Assembly (NCBI GenBank): GCA_034717975.1
Contig: JAYEMF010000005.1
Coordinates: 3,613 to 27,562 of the forward strand
From: Campylobacterota bacterium
GTDB taxonomy: Bacteria; Campylobacterota; Campylobacteria; Campylobacterales; Sulfurimonadaceae
Direction of reading: 5' to 3'
DNA: 23,950 nucleotides
Shown here: positions 7,686-17,652 of the stretch, piece after piece
Layout: every line of letters starts with the position of its first letter
Numbering within the stretch: position 1 is the first letter of the stretch
The notes under the pieces: generated by a model
What the model saw: the letters and a program-made list of their open reading frames with translations, nothing else
Databases searched by the model: none
What the model was told of the DNA's origin: nothing
Position numbers and translations under genes: made by a program

Positions 7686-10174
7686 TGGGAAACGAAATTA
7701 CGATTACCATTGACGGTAAAGAGGTCAAGACACAAGAGGGTGAGTTTATTCTCAATGCCGCTCGTGGCGATGGCATCTTTATACCGGCAATTTGTTACCT
7801 GACACGATGTAGTCCTACGTTGGCTTGTCGTATCTGTCTCGTCGAAGCCGATGGCAAACAGGTCTATGCCTGTAATGCCAAGGCAAAAGACGGGATGAAT
7901 ATTACGACGACGACGGAAAATATTGAGAGTGAACGTCGTGCGATCATGGAAGTTTACGATGTAAACCACCCGCTGCAGTGTGGTGTTTGTGACCAGTCCG
8001 GCGAGTGTGAGCTTCAAAACTATACCCTTGAGCTGGGTGTAGACTCACAAAGTTATGCGATCGCTGATGTTGAACGACCTGTCAAAGATTGGGGACACCT
8101 TCACTATGATGCGGGTCTCTGTATCGTTTGTGAACGCTGTACAACTGTCTGTAAAGATATGATAGGTGACAACTCGCTTAAGACTGTTCCGCGTGGCGCA
8201 GGTGCTATTGATGCTGACTTTAAAGAGAGCATGCCGAAAGATGCCTATGCGATGTGGAACAAGCTCAACAAATCAGTCATCGGACTTACCAGCGGTGAGG
8301 AGATGCTTGATTGTACAAGTTGTGGCGAGTGTGCGGCTGTCTGTCCGGTCGGCGCCCTGGTAGATACGAATTATGTTTACACGACCAATGCATGGGAGAC
8401 AAAACAGATCCCTGCAACCTGCGGTCACTGTAGCGCCGGTTGTCAGATCTCTTATGATGTCAAACATGAGAGCATTGAAAATCCGGAAGAGAAGATCTAC
8501 CGTGTGACCAATGAGTGGAACTACGTATCACTCTGCGGTGCCGGGCGCTACGGATATGACTATCAAAATGCGAATGTGACAAAAGATGAATCAGCGTTCA
8601 ATGCAGCGATCGAAGCATTCAAAAAAGCCGATACCATCAACTTTACATCAAGCATCACCAATGAAGAGGCCTTGATCCTTCAAAAGCTTAAAGAGCAACA
8701 TGGGTATAAGCTGGTTAATGATGAAGCCCGTGCATTTAAGACATTTATGCATGATTATGCCGATATCAGCCGCACATCGCTTTATGGTTCGGATCTTGAG
8801 AAAGTACACAATACTGATTTTGTCGTCTCTGTCGGTACAGCGCTAAAATCAGATAATCCGAATGCACGTTATGCCTTTAACAATGCGGTACAGATGAAAG
8901 GTGCAGGACTCTATTTCCACCCAATGGGCGATCCGGTCATTGAGGGCCTGAGCAAAAATGTGATGAGCATCAAACATGCACCGCTTCAGGAAGAAGCAGT
9001 GCTTTACCTGATGCTTGATCTCTTTGGCGATAAAGAAGCAATGCCTGAAGAGGTGACAAGTTATCTGGCAGGTTTTCACTCTACCAAAACCATCACGGTT
9101 CAAGAGACGATCAAAGAGAAAGTCGTTGAAAAAGTGATGGTCACCAAGGTCAATGAAGAGACCGGTGAAGAGGAAGAGGTCGAAGAAGAGAAGACCAAAA
9201 TGGTTCCGAAAAAAGTCTCCAAAGAGATTGAAGTAGACGATAACAGACTGCTTGAGATCATTGGTGCGGGCGATAATTTCATGGAAGGGCTCGAGAAACT
9301 TCTGAAGAAGAAAGAGTCGTTCGCCATGATGGTTGGAGCAGATCTTTATACGCACCAAAATTCGCGTAACCTTGCCCGTCTTGTCGCTTTGATCGAAAAA
9401 TATTCGGCATTTGAGCTGGTTATGATTCCATCATTTACAAACACATTGGGTGTAGGCCTGATCTGTGATCTCGATGAGAGTGCAGGTGAGTATGCAGTCG
9501 GTTATAACACTGCAGGTGACTTTCTTCTTTCGGCATTAGGCGAGGGTGATCTTGATATGCCGGCGATCAATCAGCAAGAGGGGACATTGACAAGCATCAA
9601 CAAGCGTGTCAATCCGACCAATGTAGCGATCGGTTATGGCGGTTATGTGCTAAACGATATTGCCAATGCACTTGGACTGAATGCCGAGTACACGATTGAC
9701 TATACGGAGCAGTTACCGACAAATCGCGGTTTTAAAGCCGAGAAGTTCGATGACCTTCCAAATCACTACACTAATGATGGTGTCGAGGTTCGCGGTTACC
9801 TGCTGGGTAGCACTCCGGTCAGAACGAAAAAAGATGAGAGCGTCGAAGCGTTTGACGAAGCCCTGAAACTTGAAGGTGAACTGGTTTACCTTGCCAATCC
9901 GGTTCGTCAGTTTACACCATTTACGAGTAAACCACATCAGCTTGATGAAGTCTTTGGTCTCTATATGAGTGAAGAGGCTCTGAGTGAAAGCGAGATGAAT
10001 GAGGGTGACCGTGTCAAGGTGAAAACTGATAGTGGTGAAGTTGAACTTGATATTGTCAGTGACAACAAGATCTCAGGCAAGATCTGCTGTCTGCCGACAT
10101 TTGACAATAAAATCAATACGGAAGCACTGTTCAGCGGTTACCGCTTTGCAACAGCTTCAATTCAAAAGGTGTAA
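7685..10174 (+). CDS. nuoG: NADH-quinone oxidoreductase subunit G, paralogue 2 (canonical Campylobacterota form with insertions)
   Basis: IPAICY..ACRIC..C; HPLQCGVCDQSGECELQ; CIVCERCTTVC and CTSCGECAAVCP; CGHCSAGC...LCGAGRYG; TAATG coupling to the preceding gene; directly precedes nuoH. Confidence 0.95.
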   Translation: MGNEITITIDGKEVKTQEGEFILNAARGDGIFIPAICYLTRCSPTLACRICLVEADGKQVYACNAKAKDGMNITTTTENIESERRAIMEVYDVNHPLQCGVCDQSGECELQNYTLELGVDSQSYAIADVERPVKDWGHLHYDAGLCIVCERCTTVCKDMIGDNSLKTVPRGAGAIDADFKESMPKDAYAMWNKLNKSVIGLTSGEEMLDCTSCGECAAVCPVGALVDTNYVYTTNAWETKQIPATCGHCSAGCQISYDVKHESIENPEEKIYRVTNEWNYVSLCGAGRYGYDYQNANVTKDESAFNAAIEAFKKADTINFTSSITNEEALILQKLKEQHGYKLVNDEARAFKTFMHDYADISRTSLYGSDLEKVHNTDFVVSVGTALKSDNPNARYAFNNAVQMKGAGLYFHPMGDPVIEGLSKNVMSIKHAPLQEEAVLYLMLDLFGDKEAMPEEVTSYLAGFHSTKTITVQETIKEKVVEKVMVTKVNEETGEEEEVEEEKTKMVPKKVSKEIEVDDNRLLEIIGAGDNFMEGLEKLLKKKESFAMMVGADLYTHQNSRNLARLVALIEKYSAFELVMIPSFTNTLGVGLICDLDESAGEYAVGYNTAGDFLLSALGEGDLDMPAINQQEGTLTSINKRVNPTNVAIGYGGYVLNDIANALGLNAEYTIDYTEQLPTNRGFKAEKFDDLPNHYTNDGVEVRGYLLGSTPVRTKKDESVEAFDEALKLEGELVYLANPVRQFTPFTSKPHQLDEVFGLYMSEEALSESEMNEGDRVKVKTDSGEVELDIVSDNKISGKICCLPTFDNKINTEALFSGYRFATASIQKV

Positions 10175-10177
10175 TAG

Positions 10178-11167
10178 ATGGATATAGCATATTTAATCGA
10201 AACGATTGTCAAGATCGTAGTAATCTTGCTTGTATTTTCTGCGCTTGCCGGATTCGGTACGTACTTTGAGCGTAAAGTACTGGCATTTATGCAGCGACGT
10301 CTCGGACCAATGCACGTTGGTCCATACGGTTTGCTTCAGATCGCGGCCGATGGTATCAAACTCTTTACCAAAGAGGATATCGTTCCGCAGAATGTTGTAG
10401 CACCGATCTTTAAGATCGCTCCGGTCATTACCGCAGCTACAGCATTTATGGCGGCAGCAGCTATTCCGTTTATGCCTAGCTTTACGATCGGTGATTACAC
10501 GGTCTCTCCGATTGTCGCTGATATCAATGTAGGTATCCTGTATATCCTCGGTATCATGGGAATCGGCCTTTACGGTCCGCTCCTTGGCGGTATGGCATCG
10601 GCCAATAAATGGTCACTGATCTCTGCAGCGCGTGCCGCATCGGTCTTTATCTCTTACGAGGTAGTTACCGGTCTTTCACTGCTGGCACCGTTGATGATGG
10701 TCGGTTCATTGTCACTGATCGACTTTAACAACTATCAGACTGGCGGCATCGGTTCATGGATCGTCTGGTCACAGCCGGTTGCATTTGTACTCTTCGTGAT
10801 TGCAGCATTTGCTGAAACGGGTCGTACTCCGTTCCACCTTATTGCCAATGACCACGAGATTATCGATGGTTTCGGTACGGAGTATTCAGGGATGCGTTGG
10901 GGTCTCTTTTTCATTGGTGAGTACGCCAATATGTTCTTTATCTCGTTCGTGATCGCACTGATCTTCCTGGGCGGATTTGGTGATGGTACAGCCTTGGGTG
11001 CTTTGGCACTTCTGGGTAAAGTAGCATTTATTTTCTTCTTCTTTCTCTGGACACGTGCAGCATGGCCGGATGTCCGACCGGATCAACTGATGTGGTTGTG
11101 TTGGAAGGTGCTTATGCCAATCGCAGTGATCAACATTATTGTCACTGGTATTGTGATGATGTTTTAA
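10178..11167 (+). CDS. nuoH: NADH-quinone oxidoreductase subunit H
   Basis: ERKVLAFMQRRLGP..VGPYGLLQ..ADGIKL..KE, ISYE, TEYSG and RPDQLM motifs; about 8 hydrophobic segments. Confidence 0.97.
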   Translation: MDIAYLIETIVKIVVILLVFSALAGFGTYFERKVLAFMQRRLGPMHVGPYGLLQIAADGIKLFTKEDIVPQNVVAPIFKIAPVITAATAFMAAAAIPFMPSFTIGDYTVSPIVADINVGILYILGIMGIGLYGPLLGGMASANKWSLISAARAASVFISYEVVTGLSLLAPLMMVGSLSLIDFNNYQTGGIGSWIVWSQPVAFVLFVIAAFAETGRTPFHLIANDHEIIDGFGTEYSGMRWGLFFIGEYANMFFISFVIALIFLGGFGDGTALGALALLGKVAFIFFFFLWTRAAWPDVRPDQLMWLCWKVLMPIAVINIIVTGIVMMF

Positions 11168-11176
11168 AGGTGAATG

Positions 11177-11794
11177 ATGAGTCTAGAACAATTTAAACAT
11201 AGAGACGTAGGTGAAGATGGCTACTACATGGTAGACATCGAGGACTATCCAACCACATGGTGGGGCAAGTTCACACGTGTTGTCGATCGTACGTTCAAAG
11301 GCGAGCTTTTCGTTGGTCTTTGGGTCGTTTTACGTGAGATGATCAAGTTTGATATTCACACAGTACAGTATCCGAAAGAGAAGTTGCCGATCGGACCACG
11401 TTATCGTGCCGTTCATAAGATGCTGCGCCTGTTCGAATCTGGAACGGAACGCTGCATCGGTTGTGGCCTTTGTGAAAAGATCTGTGTCGCTGACTGTATC
11501 CGAATGGACACACGTGTTGACGAAGAGAGTCGTAAAGAGGTGACAGAGTACAGCATCAATCTTGGTCGCTGTATCTTCTGTGGTTACTGTGCAGAAGTGT
11601 GTCCTGAACTGGCGATCGTTCATGGCGGACGCTACGAGAATGCGTCTGAGCAGCGTGCACACTTCGTTGAGTTCGAAGATATGTTGACACCGATCGATAT
11701 GCTGACATCAGGTCAGCAACAAGAATACCCTGGCTTTGGTGCCGTTATCCCAGGAAGTGACAAGAGCGTTAAGAAAACGCCTCTTGCCTATTAA
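11177..11794 (+). CDS. nuoI: NADH-quinone oxidoreductase subunit I
   Basis: TVQYP, ERCIGCGLCEKIC and RCIFCGYCAEVCPELAI (two [4Fe-4S] motifs). ATGATG at 11174/11177; the second ATG is better spaced from AAAGG. Confidence 0.97.
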   Translation: MSLEQFKHRDVGEDGYYMVDIEDYPTTWWGKFTRVVDRTFKGELFVGLWVVLREMIKFDIHTVQYPKEKLPIGPRYRAVHKMLRLFESGTERCIGCGLCEKICVADCIRMDTRVDEESRKEVTEYSINLGRCIFCGYCAEVCPELAIVHGGRYENASEQRAHFVEFEDMLTPIDMLTSGQQQEYPGFGAVIPGSDKSVKKTPLAY

Positions 11795-11803
11795 GGAGTT
11801 ATG

Positions 11804-12379
11804 ATGTTTGAAGCAATTGCTTTTTATCTGTTTGCGATCTTGACGGTAGTGATGTTCTCTATTACCGTTATGACATCACAGGCACTTTATGCACTGACAG
11901 CGATGGCTGCCGGGATGATCTTTATCTCTGCATTCTTCTTTATCTTAGGGGCAGAATTTCTGGGTGCTGTTCAGATCGTTGTCTACTCCGGAGCAGTTTT
12001 GGCACTTTACGCATTCGGGATGATGTTCTTCGATACGACACGAGATGTCAAAGAGAAAAATCCATCTAATTTGTTGGTGTTTGGAATGGGCGGTTTGGCT
12101 GCACTGATGGTCGTTGTGATCTTCATGGCACCGATCGTTTCCGAAAACATCACAGCTGTCTATCCGGTGATGGAAGATGCCGGAAACGCTCAGCAGATCG
12201 GTATGGTGCTCTTTACTAAATACCTGGTTCCGTTTGAAGTAGCCGCCGTTATGCTGCTGGTCGCGATGATCGCAGGTATTGTACTTGCCGGTAAGAAGAT
12301 GGATCGCTCTTTGACTCAGATGGAAGAAGAGGAGATCGAGCTTATGGAGCTAGAGTCTCACAGAAAGGCTGTCTTATGA
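11804..12379 (+). CDS. nuoJ: NADH-quinone oxidoreductase subunit J
   Basis: AEFLGAVQIVVYSGAV and LFTKYLVPFEVAAVMLLVAMIAGI motifs. Start is 11801 or 11804 (AAGGAG at 11793-11798 favours 11804). Confidence 0.96.
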   Translation: MFEAIAFYLFAILTVVMFSITVMTSQALYALTAMAAGMIFISAFFFILGAEFLGAVQIVVYSGAVLALYAFGMMFFDTTRDVKEKNPSNLLVFGMGGLAALMVVVIFMAPIVSENITAVYPVMEDAGNAQQIGMVLFTKYLVPFEVAAVMLLVAMIAGIVLAGKKMDRSLTQMEEEEIELMELESHRKAVL

Positions 12380-12684
12380 TGGAAATCGGACTTAATCACT
12401 ACCTGGTCTTGTCGACACTGCTTTTTGCGATCGGTCTGATCGGTGTAATGCGTCGTAAAAATCTACTGATGCTCTTCTTTGCAACAGAGATTCTGCTAAA
12501 TGCCGTGAACGTTGCTTTTGCCGCGATCTCACACTATTATGGTGACCTGACGGGGCAGATGTTCGCTTTCTTCGTGATCGCGATCGCTGCTTCGGAAGTT
12601 GCTGTTGGTCTTGGTCTTCTGGTCGTTTGGTTCAAACGTACCGGTAAGATCGACCTTGATATGATGACAACGATGCGAGGATAA
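12376..12684 (+). CDS. nuoK: NADH-quinone oxidoreductase subunit K
   Basis: RRKNLL...EILLNA and AASEVAVGL motifs; three TM helices; ATGA overlap with nuoJ. Confidence 0.97.
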   Translation: MMEIGLNHYLVLSTLLFAIGLIGVMRRKNLLMLFFATEILLNAVNVAFAAISHYYGDLTGQMFAFFVIAIAASEVAVGLGLLVVWFKRTGKIDLDMMTTMRG

Positions 12685-12689
12685 GACAT

Positions 12690-14573
12690 ATGGAACTCTA
12701 TTTATATATTGCACTCTTTGCACCGTTAACAGGTTCTCTGTTCGCTGCACTTTTTGGTGCGAAGCCTAAAACAATGATCGCCGGACTGGTCCCATCGGGT
12801 CTGCTCTTTGCCTCATTTGTGGCAAGTTCTATTTTACTTGTGCACATTCTGGGCGGTGGCCAGCCGGTTCATGTCGAGATGATGACATGGATGGCAACCG
12901 GTGATCTTTATATCCCATTCGGGTTTGTAGTCGATCAGGTTTCTGTAACGATGATGATGGTTGTGACGATCGTTTCTACGGTCGTACATGTCTACTCTAT
13001 CGGTTACATGGATCATGACAAAGCGTTCAACCGTTTCTTCGCCTGGCTTTCAGCCTTTGTGTTCTCGATGATGGTACTGGTAATGAGTGATAACTTCGCC
13101 GGCCTCTTCATCGGTTGGGAAGGTGTCGGTCTCTGTTCATGGGCACTGATTGGTTTCTGGTATCACAAAGAGTCGGCGACCTGGGCGGCAAACGAAGCAT
13201 TTATAATGAACCGTATCGCTGACCTTGGAATGCTTATCGGTATCTTCCTGATCTACTGGAACACTGGTTCACTGCAGTATGATCAGGCCTTTGCCGCGCT
13301 TCCTGCTTTGGAGATGGATGTGATCGTTTGGATCGGAATCTTCCTGTTTGTCGGTGCAATGGGTAAATCGGCACAGTTTCCGCTACACACATGGCTTGCC
13401 GATGCGATGGAGGGTCCGACGCCTGTTTCGGCTCTGATCCACGCAGCAACGATGGTAACGGCCGGTGTTTATCTTGTAGTCCGTGCCAACCCGGTTTATG
13501 ACCTTATCCCTGAAGTGGGCGTCTTTATCGCAAGTCTCGGTGCATTCGTTGCAATGTTTGCTGCGACAATGGCACTGGTTAACCGTGATATGAAACGTAT
13601 TATTGCCTACTCAACACTTTCACAGCTTGGTTATATGTTTGTGGCTGCAGGACTGGGAGCTTACTGGGTGGCACTGTTCCACCTGATGGCACACGCATTC
13701 TTTAAAGCACTGCTCTTCCTGGGTGCAGGTAATGTTATGCACGCAATGCATGATGAGCTTGATCCGTTCAAAATGGGTGGATTGAAGCGAGCGATGAAGT
13801 GGACGTGGATCATGATGACATTGGCATCTGTTGCACTCGCAGGTATCTGGCCACTGGCTGGTTTTTTCTCGAAAGACCTGATCCTGGAAGTCGCATTTGT
13901 GACACATCATCCGATTCTTTACACGGTACTGTTACTGACAGCCGGTTTAACAGCATTCTACTCATTCCGTCTTGTAGCACTGATCTTTCATGGCGAAGAG
14001 CGCTATAAAGAGCATGGCATCCATCCGCATGAAGCGTATAACTATATGCTGATCGCGATGAGCCCGCTGGCTCTACTTGCGGTAATCGCAGGGTTTGGAT
14101 TCAAAGGTGATTATGTGGCGATGGTAACACAACTGCTTCCGGCTACGGAGTATCATGTACACTCTCCGGTAACGTTCTGGATCATGATAATCGGTACACA
14201 GCTTTTTGTCGGTGCCGCGATCGCATTCGCATACTCGAAGTACACTAAAAAAGGCTTCAGCAAGAAGTGGGAAGAGCGTTTTTGTTACAAACTGCTGTTC
14301 AATCAGTACTTCATACCAAAAATCTATGAAGAGATCTTTATTAAGCCGTATCGTGAGCTTTCAACGATCTTCTGGAAACAGATCGATCTGAAAGTGGTGG
14401 ATGCTACGGTTGACTTTATAGGAAATACATTTTATAAAACCGCTGAGGCAACTCATGGTATGCAAAACGGTAACCTTTCAACGATGCTTCGTTGGATGGT
14501 AGCTGGTACAGTGATCTTGCTGTTACTCGCTGTTGCGTTCACCATCGGTTACTCTGCGGTAGTAGGAGCTTAG
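12690..14573 (+). CDS. nuoL: NADH-quinone oxidoreductase subunit L
   Basis: GWEGVGLCS, NRIAD, GKSAQFPLHTWLADAMEGPTPVSALIHAATMVTAG and HAFFKALLFL motifs. Confidence 0.98.
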   Translation: MELYLYIALFAPLTGSLFAALFGAKPKTMIAGLVPSGLLFASFVASSILLVHILGGGQPVHVEMMTWMATGDLYIPFGFVVDQVSVTMMMVVTIVSTVVHVYSIGYMDHDKAFNRFFAWLSAFVFSMMVLVMSDNFAGLFIGWEGVGLCSWALIGFWYHKESATWAANEAFIMNRIADLGMLIGIFLIYWNTGSLQYDQAFAALPALEMDVIVWIGIFLFVGAMGKSAQFPLHTWLADAMEGPTPVSALIHAATMVTAGVYLVVRANPVYDLIPEVGVFIASLGAFVAMFAATMALVNRDMKRIIAYSTLSQLGYMFVAAGLGAYWVALFHLMAHAFFKALLFLGAGNVMHAMHDELDPFKMGGLKRAMKWTWIMMTLASVALAGIWPLAGFFSKDLILEVAFVTHHPILYTVLLLTAGLTAFYSFRLVALIFHGEERYKEHGIHPHEAYNYMLIAMSPLALLAVIAGFGFKGDYVAMVTQLLPATEYHVHSPVTFWIMIIGTQLFVGAAIAFAYSKYTKKGFSKKWEERFCYKLLFNQYFIPKIYEEIFIKPYRELSTIFWKQIDLKVVDATVDFIGNTFYKTAEATHGMQNGNLSTMLRWMVAGTVILLLLAVAFTIGYSAVVGA

Positions 14574-16118
14574 ATGTTAGATAATATTTTATCGATTCTC
14601 ATTTTCTTCCCGGCATTGGCAGCAATGCTTGGGTTTGTTGTTCATAAAGATAGCATCCGCGCCTACGGTATTACAGTAGCTGCTATTGAGTTCGTGCTTT
14701 CTCTTGTATTGTGGTACTCGTATGACCCGTCTGTATCAGGAATGCAGTTTATGGAGTCACTGCCGCTCATTCCGGCATTTGGTATCAGTTACCTGCTGGG
14801 TGTTGACGGTATTTCGCTCTTTATTATTGTCCTTTCGGCTTTCATTACCTTGATCGGTATAGCATCATTGACGGAAACACGTCGTGTCAAAGATATGATC
14901 TTGACACTGCTTTTCCTTGAAATGACAATGATCGGTGTATTTGCAGCGCTTGATGCCATCGTTTTCTATGTGTTCTGGGAACTCTCTCTTGTACCGATGC
15001 TTTACCTTATTGGTGCATGGGGTGGACCGCTGCGTATCTATGCATCGGTCAAGTTCTTCCTCTATACCTTTACCGGTTCACTGGTAATGCTGGTCGGTAT
15101 GCTCTTTATGGCATATTTCTATTACCAGGCAACAGGACAATGGAGTTTCTCGATCCTGGAGTGGTATCGTCTGATCCTTCCTGAGAATTTCCAGATCTGG
15201 CTCTTTGTCGCATTCTTCTTCGGATTTGCGATCAAAGTTCCGATGTTCCCGTTCCATACCTGGCTTCCGTATGCACACGGTCAGGCACCGACGATCGGTT
15301 CGGTTATCCTTGCCGCCGTCTTGCTGAAAATGGGTACGTATGCTTTTGTACGTTTTTCTCTGCCGCTCTTCCCGGATGCTTCCGTCTTCTTTATGATGCC
15401 GATCGCAGTACTTGCGATCATCATGATCGTCTATACAGCGATGGTGGCTTATGCCCAGGAAGATATCAAGCAGGTCGTTGCCTACAGCTCGGTCTCGCAT
15501 ATGGGGGTTATCATACTGGGTACCTTTGCCCTAAACGTTGAAGGTATTACAGGTTCAGTGTTCCTGATGATCGCACACGGTGTTGTCTCCGGTGCGCTCT
15601 TCCTTCTCGTCGGCGTGATCTATGAACGCCGACATACGAAGCTCATGAGCGAGTTTGGCGGTCTGGCATCGGTCATGCCGCATTACGCCACTATTTTCGG
15701 TGTGATGATGATGGCCTCTGTCGGTCTTCCGTTGACGATCAACTTCGTTGGTGAGTTCTTGAGCCTGCTTGGTTTCTACAAGCAGTCGCATATGATGACG
15801 CTGCTTGCCGGAACGGCAATTATCGTTGGTGCTATCTATATGCTTGCAGCGTATAAAAAAGCATTCTTTGGCGAGGTGACAAAAGAGGAGAATAAAAATC
15901 TTCCGGATGTCAACAAAAAAGAGCTTGTAGCGCTTATACCACTGACAATCATTACTATCTGGCTGGGTGTCTACCCTAAACCGGTTCTGGAGCCGATCAA
16001 TAACTCGGTAGAATCCATCGTACAGTTGATGCACGATAAAGCGATCACAGAAGAGGCAAAGATGCGTATCCCGAATCTTTCCGAAGAGGTCGCAATCACT
16101 AAAGAGGAGGCAAAATAA
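14574..16118 (+). CDS. nuoM: NADH-quinone oxidoreductase subunit M
   Basis: [45 protein letters not shown] and NFVGE motifs. Confidence 0.98.
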   Translation: MLDNILSILIFFPALAAMLGFVVHKDSIRAYGITVAAIEFVLSLVLWYSYDPSVSGMQFMESLPLIPAFGISYLLGVDGISLFIIVLSAFITLIGIASLTETRRVKDMILTLLFLEMTMIGVFAALDAIVFYVFWELSLVPMLYLIGAWGGPLRIYASVKFFLYTFTGSLVMLVGMLFMAYFYYQATGQWSFSILEWYRLILPENFQIWLFVAFFFGFAIKVPMFPFHTWLPYAHGQAPTIGSVILAAVLLKMGTYAFVRFSLPLFPDASVFFMMPIAVLAIIMIVYTAMVAYAQEDIKQVVAYSSVSHMGVIILGTFALNVEGITGSVFLMIAHGVVSGALFLLVGVIYERRHTKLMSEFGGLASVMPHYATIFGVMMMASVGLPLTINFVGEFLSLLGFYKQSHMMTLLAGTAIIVGAIYMLAAYKKAFFGEVTKEENKNLPDVNKKELVALIPLTIITIWLGVYPKPVLEPINNSVESIVQLMHDKAITEEAKMRIPNLSEEVAITKEEAK

Positions 16119-17623
16119 TGTTAGAACCAGTAAATGTTTCATTAGAATCACTCAACCTGGCAACACTTGCCCCAATGATGATAGCCATTGCAGGTGCTTT
16201 GACTATCCTTATTATCGATCTTGCAAAAAGTGGTTTGAACAAATCACTTTATGTCATGATCAGTATCCTGTTCTTGCTGCTTGATCTGGGTAGTCTTATT
16301 GATTTTGCAGGATTCTTTGCACAAAATGGTACGGCACTCGGCTTCTTTGATGTCATGCTGATCGATGGTCTGGCGATTCTGGGACAGTTGATCATTGTCG
16401 TCGGTTCCATGCTCTTTATTCCACTCTCATTGACATCGAAGCGTTTCCATGAGTACTCTTATCCTGAGTACTATGCACTTTTCTTGTTTATGATCGCCGG
16501 TTTCCAGTTTATGGTTGCAACCGACAATCTTATCCTGATATTTGTAGGGCTTGAGACAGCTTCACTGGCACTCTACGCGTTGATCGCTATGCACAACCGT
16601 AACAAGTCATTTGAAGCAGCCGTCAAGTACTTCACCATGGGTGCTTTGGCAGCAGGTTTCTTCTCGTTCGGTGCGATGGTCTTCTATGCGTTGACAGGTT
16701 CAGTTGAGATCCATCAGATCGCACAGGTTCTGGCCGCAGATGGCTACAGCAATATCGGTTTTGTCCTGGTGGCTGTTGTCTTTATGCTGGCATCGTTTGG
16801 TTTCAAACTTTCACTTGTACCATTCCATACCTGGGCACCTGATGTTTATGAAGGTTCATCTTCAGCATTGGCAGGGTACATGTCAATTGTTCCTAAGATT
16901 GCAGCCTTCATTGTCTCCATGCGTCTGTTCGAGTTCCTTATCCAGAGCGGTGTGGTGTGGCTTGAAGTCGTACTTTATGCGTTCATTGTTATCACGATGA
17001 CTGCAGCGAACATCTGGGCACTGGTTCAAAACGATGTCAAGCGTATGCTTGCTTACAGTTCAGTTTCACACGCCGGTTTTGTTATGGCTGCCGTATTGAT
17101 CGGTACTACACAGGCCAATACAGGACTTTTCCTCTACTGGATACTGTTTGCCTTTACCAATCTCGGAGCATTCTCGATGCTGTGGGTCAACCGTCAAAAA
17201 ACAATTATGCCGGGTCAGACTTCAGACCATCCGTTTGAAAAATTCTCCGGTTTGGTCCGTACAATGCCGGTTGCAGCGGTTATGATGGCACTCTTTATGT
17301 TAAGCCTTGCAGGACTTCCGCCGTTTGGACTCTTCTGGGGTAAAATGTATATGATCGGTGCTGCTGTCAGCGGAGGTTACACTGTGTTAGCGTTGATCAT
17401 GGCACTTAACTCGGCTATCGCCGCTTTCTACTACTTGAAACTGATTGTTTTCATGTTCATGAAAGATCCGATTGATGTGGATGACAAGTTCTATATGTCA
17501 AATGCATCACTGCCATTGAAAACCATGATTGGTATGGCGGCAGTTGTAACGATCTTCTCTGTTATCGCTGTCAATCCGCTCTTGGAGTTCATTACCTCTT
17601 TCGTGTATAATAGCGGGTATTAA
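16118..17623 (+). CDS. nuoN: NADH-quinone oxidoreductase subunit N
   Basis: [38 protein letters not shown] and SLAGLPP..LF.GK motifs. Confidence 0.98.
   Translation: MLEPVNVSLESLNLATLAPMMIAIAGALTILIIDLAKSGLNKSLYVMISILFLLLDLGSLIDFAGFFAQNGTALGFFDVMLIDGLAILGQLIIVVGSMLFIPLSLTSKRFHEYSYPEYYALFLFMIAGFQFMVATDNLILIFVGLETASLALYALIAMHNRNKSFEAAVKYFTMGALAAGFFSFGAMVFYALTGSVEIHQIAQVLAADGYSNIGFVLVAVVFMLASFGFKLSLVPFHTWAPDVYEGSSSALAGYMSIVPKIAAFIVSMRLFEFLIQSGVVWLEVVLYAFIVITMTAANIWALVQNDVKRMLAYSSVSHAGFVMAAVLIGTTQANTGLFLYWILFAFTNLGAFSMLWVNRQKTIMPGQTSDHPFEKFSGLVRTMPVAAVMMALFMLSLAGLPPFGLFWGKMYMIGAAVSGGYTVLALIMALNSAIAAFYYLKLIVFMFMKDPIDVDDKFYMSNASLPLKTMIGMAAVVTIFSVIAVNPLLEFITSFVYNSGY
17606..17611 (+). promoter_or_regulatory. 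Possible internal -10 box for the pflA-like gene
   Basis: Perfect TATAAT in the last codons of nuoN, about 42 nt upstream of the TTG start; no extended TG motif. Confidence 0.3.
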
Positions 17624-17652
17624 GACCTTATCAGTCAAAGGGAGGATAGACA

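Noticed and set aside
5451..10174. Tandem nuoG as an assembly artefact, split gene or pseudogene
   Set aside because: Both copies are full length, differ extensively including indels and synonymous sites, and keep all cluster motifs.
11174..12381. Recurring ATGATG double start codons at nuoI, nuoJ and nuoK
   Set aside because: Explained by stop/start overlaps and chance; it only creates one-codon start ambiguity.
14571..14576. In-frame TAG-ATG junction allowing a NuoL-NuoM readthrough fusion (also TAA-TAG-ATG at nuoG2-nuoH)
   Set aside because: nuoM has its own AGGAG RBS; abutting genes are ordinary translational coupling and no recoding signal is evident.
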